From IMG/VR virus record IMGVR_UViG_3300033513_000028, positions 1 through 39,241 of that record: 39,241 nucleotides of DNA. One strand, written 5' to 3'. Origin of the DNA: a virus. Lineage: Duplodnaviria > Caudoviricetes. Every line of letters begins with the position of its first letter. Position 1 is the stretch's first letter. The notes beneath the pieces are model-generated. The model was not told the DNA's origin and ran no database searches. It saw only the letters and a program-made list of their open reading frames with translations. A program made the translations under genes and the position numbers. Of this stretch, positions 35,014-39,241 are shown one piece after another.

Positions 35014-36561
35014 ATGAGCGAATGGACACCGGAAACACTCAAAGAGCACATGGATTTACGCTTTGCCGAGCAGGCGGCGGATACCAAAGAAATTAAAGGG
35101 CTTATCAGAGAGGCGGTGGCGGAGTTCCGCGCGATCACAACCGCTCAGGGAAAGGCGATAAAATCCCTTGACGAACATCGCGTGAAAATTGATACACAAC
35201 TCGGCACTGTAAAGTGGTTGCTTAGAATTGTGGCGGGCGTAGCGACTGCCCTCATTGTACTCTTTCTGACGGGTTGTGCCGCGCCACCGCCCGAATGGAC
35301 ACCGCCCGCCCCGCCGACAGAGACGGCGATAGCGCCTACAGAAGTGGAGCCGCCCGCGACGGCGCTCCCGCCAGACACCGAGACACCACCCCCCGCGCCG
35401 ACCAGCACCCCGTCACCGCCACCTACTGCCACACTCGCGCCGACCGCAACCGCGACGGCATTGCCTGCGCCAACCGACACGCCGACCGCGCCGCCGGTGC
35501 CACAAGTCGAGGAGATTGCCATCCCGATTGTCAACCCCGGCTTTGAGGGGGCGTACTACGCCGACACGTTTGGGAACATCTTTGTGGCGACGGGCTGGCG
35601 CTCGTGGTATTGCGCCGACCCGTACACGGCGGGCTGCCCTGCTACGCCCTGGTGCGACGTGGGTCAAACGGTCGGATGTAACCCAGTTGGGACGGCAATG
35701 GGGCGACCTGAATACAACCCGCAATTGGCTGCGCAGTATCCCAATCGCGTACACGGGGGAAGCGCGGCTCAGCACTGGTTTTGCTTCTCGCGGGCGTGTT
35801 GGGCTGGCGTCTACCAGCCCGTAACCATCCCGCCGGGGTGGAGCGTCTGCACGGTGGAGGCCTACGTGCAGTCGTGGTCAAACAACACCACCAACACCAC
35901 CTATACCAGCGATTTAGGCACTCAGGACGCCCGGCGAAACTCTACCTGGACAATCGCGGTGGACTTCGCCGGGGGGGCGAATGCCTTCGCCAACGGCGTG
36001 CAGGTCGGGCATGGCTACGGCTACGATTGGGACATTTACGACAACTGGGCCTGGATCGGGTACACATTCGACGTGCCATCGGGCGGTGGCCCGCTCACGA
36101 TTTTTATCGGTGACCGCCGTCTCTGGCCCTTCAAACACAACGATAGCTATATAGACGACGTGCGCATGACGTGCGCCCGGATGGTCAATCCCCCTACCCC
36201 GACGCCCACACCGACGCCGATTGCGCCCATTCCAGGCGAGCCGACGCCGACCCAGATAGGCGAATTGGAGCCGTTGGGCCAGGCCGTCGTCATCGCAAGC
36301 GCCGTGAACATCCGACAGGGGCCGCTCCCGTTTTCGACCGCCGCGCCCATCGGGCAGCTGCATCAGGGGGACACGTTCGACGTGTGGGAGATACAAGCGT
36401 ATCGGCGTGACACCGGCGAGTACCAGCCCTTCGGGGCGTGCGGGTGCAGTCAATGCAATGTATGGCTCAGCAACTCGGTTGCGGATGCGTGGTGGGTTGC
36501 GATGTGCTATAATGGGAATAGGTTCGTAAATCTATACGGCCCGGCGTATTTGCCGGGGTAG
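35014..36561 (+). CDS. Membrane-anchored/lipoprotein-like protein with PT linkers, CBM-like and SH3-like domains
   Basis: Coiled coil, TM ending LFLTGC, PTATxxP linkers, NPGFEG jelly-roll start and VNIRQGP...IGQL..GD SH3b-like end. Confidence 0.7.
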   Translation: MSEWTPETLKEHMDLRFAEQAADTKEIKGLIREAVAEFRAITTAQGKAIKSLDEHRVKIDTQLGTVKWLLRIVAGVATALIVLFLTGCAAPPPEWTPPAPPTETAIAPTEVEPPATALPPDTETPPPAPTSTPSPPPTATLAPTATATALPAPTDTPTAPPVPQVEEIAIPIVNPGFEGAYYADTFGNIFVATGWRSWYCADPYTAGCPATPWCDVGQTVGCNPVGTAMGRPEYNPQLAAQYPNRVHGGSAAQHWFCFSRACWAGVYQPVTIPPGWSVCTVEAYVQSWSNNTTNTTYTSDLGTQDARRNSTWTIAVDFAGGANAFANGVQVGHGYGYDWDIYDNWAWIGYTFDVPSGGGPLTIFIGDRRLWPFKHNDSYIDDVRMTCARMVNPPTPTPTPTPIAPIPGEPTPTQIGELEPLGQAVVIASAVNIRQGPLPFSTAAPIGQLHQGDTFDVWEIQAYRRDTGEYQPFGACGCSQCNVWLSNSVADAWWVAMCYNGNRFVNLYGPAYLPG

Positions 36562-36578
36562 AATAGGGAGAAAATAGA

Positions 36579-36950
36579 ATGGAGCCTTTCGATCTTAATC
36601 TTATGTTGGCGGCTTTGGTGAGCAGTCCGCAAGCCATCGGAATGGCGACGACGGCTTTTCTGAGTTGGCTGGCCGATACGCCGCCCGTCAAGTGGGGATG
36701 GGACGCGCTTACGGCGAACGCCAAGACCATCATTGCGGCGCTTGTCGCCTTCTTCATGCCTGCGGCCATGTACGCGCTTCGGTGCTACGGGGGCGTGTTT
36801 GTGAATGCCCCGCAGCTGGGGATGTGCGCGGCGCTCGATTTCCCGGTCGTGTTCGCGCTGTTTCTCGGAGGTTGTATCAACCTCGGCTGGGTGCGCGGCA
36901 TTCACAAGACGATCAACAAGAATCGCAAGGGCCGCGAGACGCCGAAGTAA
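36579..36950 (+). CDS. Holin-like membrane protein
   Basis: About 3 hydrophobic segments and a basic C-terminus. Confidence 0.5.
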   Translation: MEPFDLNLMLAALVSSPQAIGMATTAFLSWLADTPPVKWGWDALTANAKTIIAALVAFFMPAAMYALRCYGGVFVNAPQLGMCAALDFPVVFALFLGGCINLGWVRGIHKTINKNRKGRETPK

Positions 36951-37045
36951 TCCGGCTGGCGATTTCAACATAGAAAGCGCAGGAACTACCCCACGTCATG
37001 GTAACATGGCAGCCCAACGTGGGTGGGATCGTGGGGCCTGGCAAT

Positions 37046-37098
37046 GGGACTTAACATGCAAGGGGACTTCCTCTTTGGTGTTAAGTCCCCCCTTTTTG
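37046..37098 (+). terminator. Intrinsic terminator ending the late operon
   Basis: GGGACTTAACA(37046-56)/TGTTAAGTCCC(37079-89) followed by TTTTT. Confidence 0.7.
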
Positions 37099-37121
37099 TC
37101 TAATTCCAGAAAGGCGGGTCA

Positions 37122-37964
37122 ATGAAAAGCGTCACGCATCACATATTCTATTCCGCAAAAAACGAGGAGTTCGTCGTCTACCCAATCGGCGACGTGCATC
37201 TTGGCGCGGCTGTTTGCGACGAGGCGTTGTTCGCCCATACAGTCGCCGAAATTCTTGCCAATCCTAACGCCTATTGGGTGGGACTTGGCGACTATTGCGA
37301 CTTCATTAACCGTCACGATAAACGTTGGCGGCCATCGGAGGAGGCTGCCTGGCTACACGATAAGAACGCCCCCGCGCGGGCGCAAATCGCGCGGTTCAAA
37401 GAGATGATAGCCCCCATTCGCCACAAGGCGTTGGCGCTCGTAAAGGGGAACCACGAGGACGTGCTCTTGGCGAAATACGAGATAGACGCCTACGGGGAGA
37501 TCGCCGACGACGCCATAGCATGTATCCCGCCAGAACAATACGTGGGGGAACCCGCGTTCGGGGCGGCGGGGTTCATCCGGCTCGTTTTCCGTTTCCGCGC
37601 CGGAACGGGCACGACGGGGGCTGGGTGGTCTTTAACGCTATGGCTCCATCATGGGATGGGCGGGGGCACACTGGCCGGGGGGAAGGCACTTAACCTGGAA
37701 CGCCAGCTGGCCCATTACATGGCCGACGCGGTTCTTATGGGGCACACTCACGTTAAGCAGGTGGTGACGCGAGCTATCGCCAGAATAGCGCCGGGCGGGG
37801 CGATCCAGACCATAGAGCGGAAGGGCGCGTTCTGTGGCTCCTATTACATTAGTCAAGATGGCATTGAGACGTATGCAGAGCGGAAAGGGTATCCCCCCCT
37901 ACAAACCGGGATAGTGAAACTCATCATTCGGCCAGGGCGGAAACAGTTCCAATTCCTGACGTGA
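37122..37964 (+). CDS. Calcineurin-like metallophosphoesterase
   Basis: GDVHLG, GLGDY, GNHE, HHG and GHTH motifs. Confidence 0.9.
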   Translation: MKSVTHHIFYSAKNEEFVVYPIGDVHLGAAVCDEALFAHTVAEILANPNAYWVGLGDYCDFINRHDKRWRPSEEAAWLHDKNAPARAQIARFKEMIAPIRHKALALVKGNHEDVLLAKYEIDAYGEIADDAIACIPPEQYVGEPAFGAAGFIRLVFRFRAGTGTTGAGWSLTLWLHHGMGGGTLAGGKALNLERQLAHYMADAVLMGHTHVKQVVTRAIARIAPGGAIQTIERKGAFCGSYYISQDGIETYAERKGYPPLQTGIVKLIIRPGRKQFQFLT

Positions 37965-37971
37965 GCGGGGG

Positions 37972-38000
37972 TTGCACTGCGCGGCGCAATCTGTTATACT
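37972..38000 (+). promoter_or_regulatory. Sigma70-type promoter with no downstream plus-strand gene
   Basis: TTGCAC-17-TATACT with extended -10 TG. Confidence 0.7.
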
Positions 38001-38006
38001 GAGGGT

Positions 38007-38088
38007 GCGAAGTGCTGCGTGGTGTTTCATTGTAAACCTCCTTTCTAAAGGGAAGGCCCCCGGAGAATATCCGAGGGCCTTCTCGTTC
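38007..38088 (+). ncRNA. Candidate anti-RBS small RNA
   Basis: Promoter, then UUUCAUUGUAAACCUCCUUU (38025-44), then hairpin GGGAAGGCCC/GGGCCUUCUC (38050-84). Confidence 0.55.
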
Positions 38089-38106
38089 TGAGGAAGCGCG
38101 GATGAA

Positions 38107-38844
38107 CTATCGGACAGTAATTTCCACTTCTCGGTGCGCCTTCTGGTGGCCGGACAGGGCCGCGCGAGCGGCCTGCTGGCTGGCGTAACGCTGCACGAAC
38201 TCGCACCACGAACACGAGGCGATCCATTCGTCCGCACCCAGCTGCTTGATTTCCCCACCCCCCGAAATAGCGGGGGCGTCGCTTCCGAAAGGTGCGAACC
38301 ATGCGGGGAGCGCAGCTTCCATGCGCTTTTGGAGCACAACGTCTGCTTCCGATTGCAGCGCCGCCGCTACCCTTTCAGCACTTCGGAGCACCAGCTGTGC
38401 TTTTACATGCGCCGCCATTCCTTCTGGCGTTGCAAGGAAAGCGGCACGGGCGCTTTTCGTCTGCTTCCGAAGCTCGATCATCGTTTGGGCGCGGCCAAGC
38501 CACTCCGGACCGGCCTTCGAAAACAGGCTCAGCACGGTGGACACCCGCAGGAGCAGGCCAATAAACCCGGCCTGCACTCCGGCGAAGTACCACGTAATGA
38601 CCGTCATCGTCACCAGTATGCTCAGGTTGGCGAGTGCCTGGGCCTCGTTCTGGCCTTCCTGTTCGAAGGCGATCCACGCCCGCCAGTAAGCCGCGTCCAC
38701 CAGTCCCACCGCCAGCGCGGCGGATAGCCAAGCCAGGACGGGGCTGTAACCAAGCCCTGCGAAGTGCGCGTGCACCACGCTCGCAGTGGCAATGATATTC
38801 AAAAGCAGAACGCACGCTTTCAACAACCAGTCAATTGCTTTCAT
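38107..38844 (-). CDS. Multi-TM membrane protein with C-terminal C2H2-like Zn finger
   Basis: About 4 TM helices; CSWC...HQKAH end; RBS GAGGAGGT. Confidence 0.7.
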   Translation of the reverse strand: MKAIDWLLKACVLLLNIIATASVVHAHFAGLGYSPVLAWLSAALAVGLVDAAYWRAWIAFEQEGQNEAQALANLSILVTMTVITWYFAGVQAGFIGLLLRVSTVLSLFSKAGPEWLGRAQTMIELRKQTKSARAAFLATPEGMAAHVKAQLVLRSAERVAAALQSEADVVLQKRMEAALPAWFAPFGSDAPAISGGGEIKQLGADEWIASCSWCEFVQRYASQQAARAALSGHQKAHREVEITVR

Positions 38845-38904
38845 GTAACCTCCTCGCCGCTTTGGGAAGCGGCCTAATCGCTTTCCGCGCTTCCTCGTGC
38901 TACC

Positions 38905-38933
38905 ATGATAGCACCCGGCCCGCTTTTCGTCAG
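38905..38933 (-). promoter_or_regulatory. Promoter for the membrane protein gene
   Basis: CTGACG-17-TATCAT with extended -10 TG; overlapped by inverted repeat 38914-28/38959-73. Confidence 0.5.
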
Positions 38934-38984
38934 TTGGGGGAAGGTGGGGGTAGGGTTAGAAAAGCAGGCCGGGCGCTTTTGGGA

Positions 38985-39241
38985 TTACTCCTCCTCGTCC
39001 TCGTCGGGCATATCGTCGGGCGCGTAGTCCCCCGCCGCCAGGCGGGTTAAGCCGCACTCCTCGTCAGGGCCGACCCAATCGGCCAGGGTTTCAATAGCCC
39101 AGGCGGCCTCGTCGGGCATGGCGGCCAGGGCGTCCAGCAACTCCGGGGTATCCCAACACCAGTCTGGCGATACACTCACCAACCCGGCGAGCATCCGCCT
39201 GCGCGGGTCGTCGCCCGCCGCCTGGCGCAAGATTTCCGATA
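38985..39241 (-). CDS. Pentapeptide-repeat family paralog 3 (only the C-terminal domain is in the window)
   Basis: EILRQAAGDDPRRRMLAGLVSVSPDWCWDTPELLDALAAMPDEAAWAIETLADWVGPDEECGLTRLAAGDY; 15 mismatches versus positions 1-180 by hand count. Confidence 0.8.
   Translation of the reverse strand, partial: SEILRQAAGDDPRRRMLAGLVSVSPDWCWDTPELLDALAAMPDEAAWAIETLADWVGPDEECGLTRLAAGDYAPDDMPDEDEEE

Noticed and set aside
38936-38955. G-quadruplex in the loop of an inverted repeat
   Set aside because: One G-run has only two G; weak evidence in a GC-rich genome.
38998-39241. Exact terminal direct repeat / circularisation overlap with 1-244
   Set aside because: The copies differ (15 of 180 nt, more beyond), largely at synonymous sites, so they are paralogs or alleles rather than an assembly overlap.

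Overview
The window is a nearly complete, GC-rich tailed phage genome of siphovirus type. A Chloroflexota/Anaerolineae-like host is inferred only from the style of its Pro/Thr-rich lipoprotein. Layout: a short leftward arm (1-2374); a divergent control region with 22-bp-spaced operator-like motifs; a rightward recombination/replication module (RecT-like, LmbU-like, DUF433, initiator with iterons, DnaC-like loader, RuvC-like, Dam, SLT, XRE); an inverted self-contained 3-gene cassette (11567-12967); then packaging, head and tail genes with three glycosyltransferases inserted among the head-tail joining genes; and finally membrane/lipoprotein genes and a phosphoesterase. No integrase, tRNA, CRISPR array or reverse transcriptase was seen. 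The most striking feature is the amount of apparent functional RNA: a complete type II hammerhead ribozyme with pseudoknot inside the inverted cassette, a promoter-driven ~450-nt structured RNA upstream of the packaging genes, a ~95-nt structured antisense-strand RNA with its own promoter, a promoter-anti-RBS-hairpin sRNA, and a promoter-terminator attenuator-like unit before the capsid operon. The genome also carries three mosaic paralogs of a pentapeptide-repeat protein with a shared C-terminal domain. All protein calls come from motif recognition by eye, and all RNA structures were paired by hand; no database or folding program was run.
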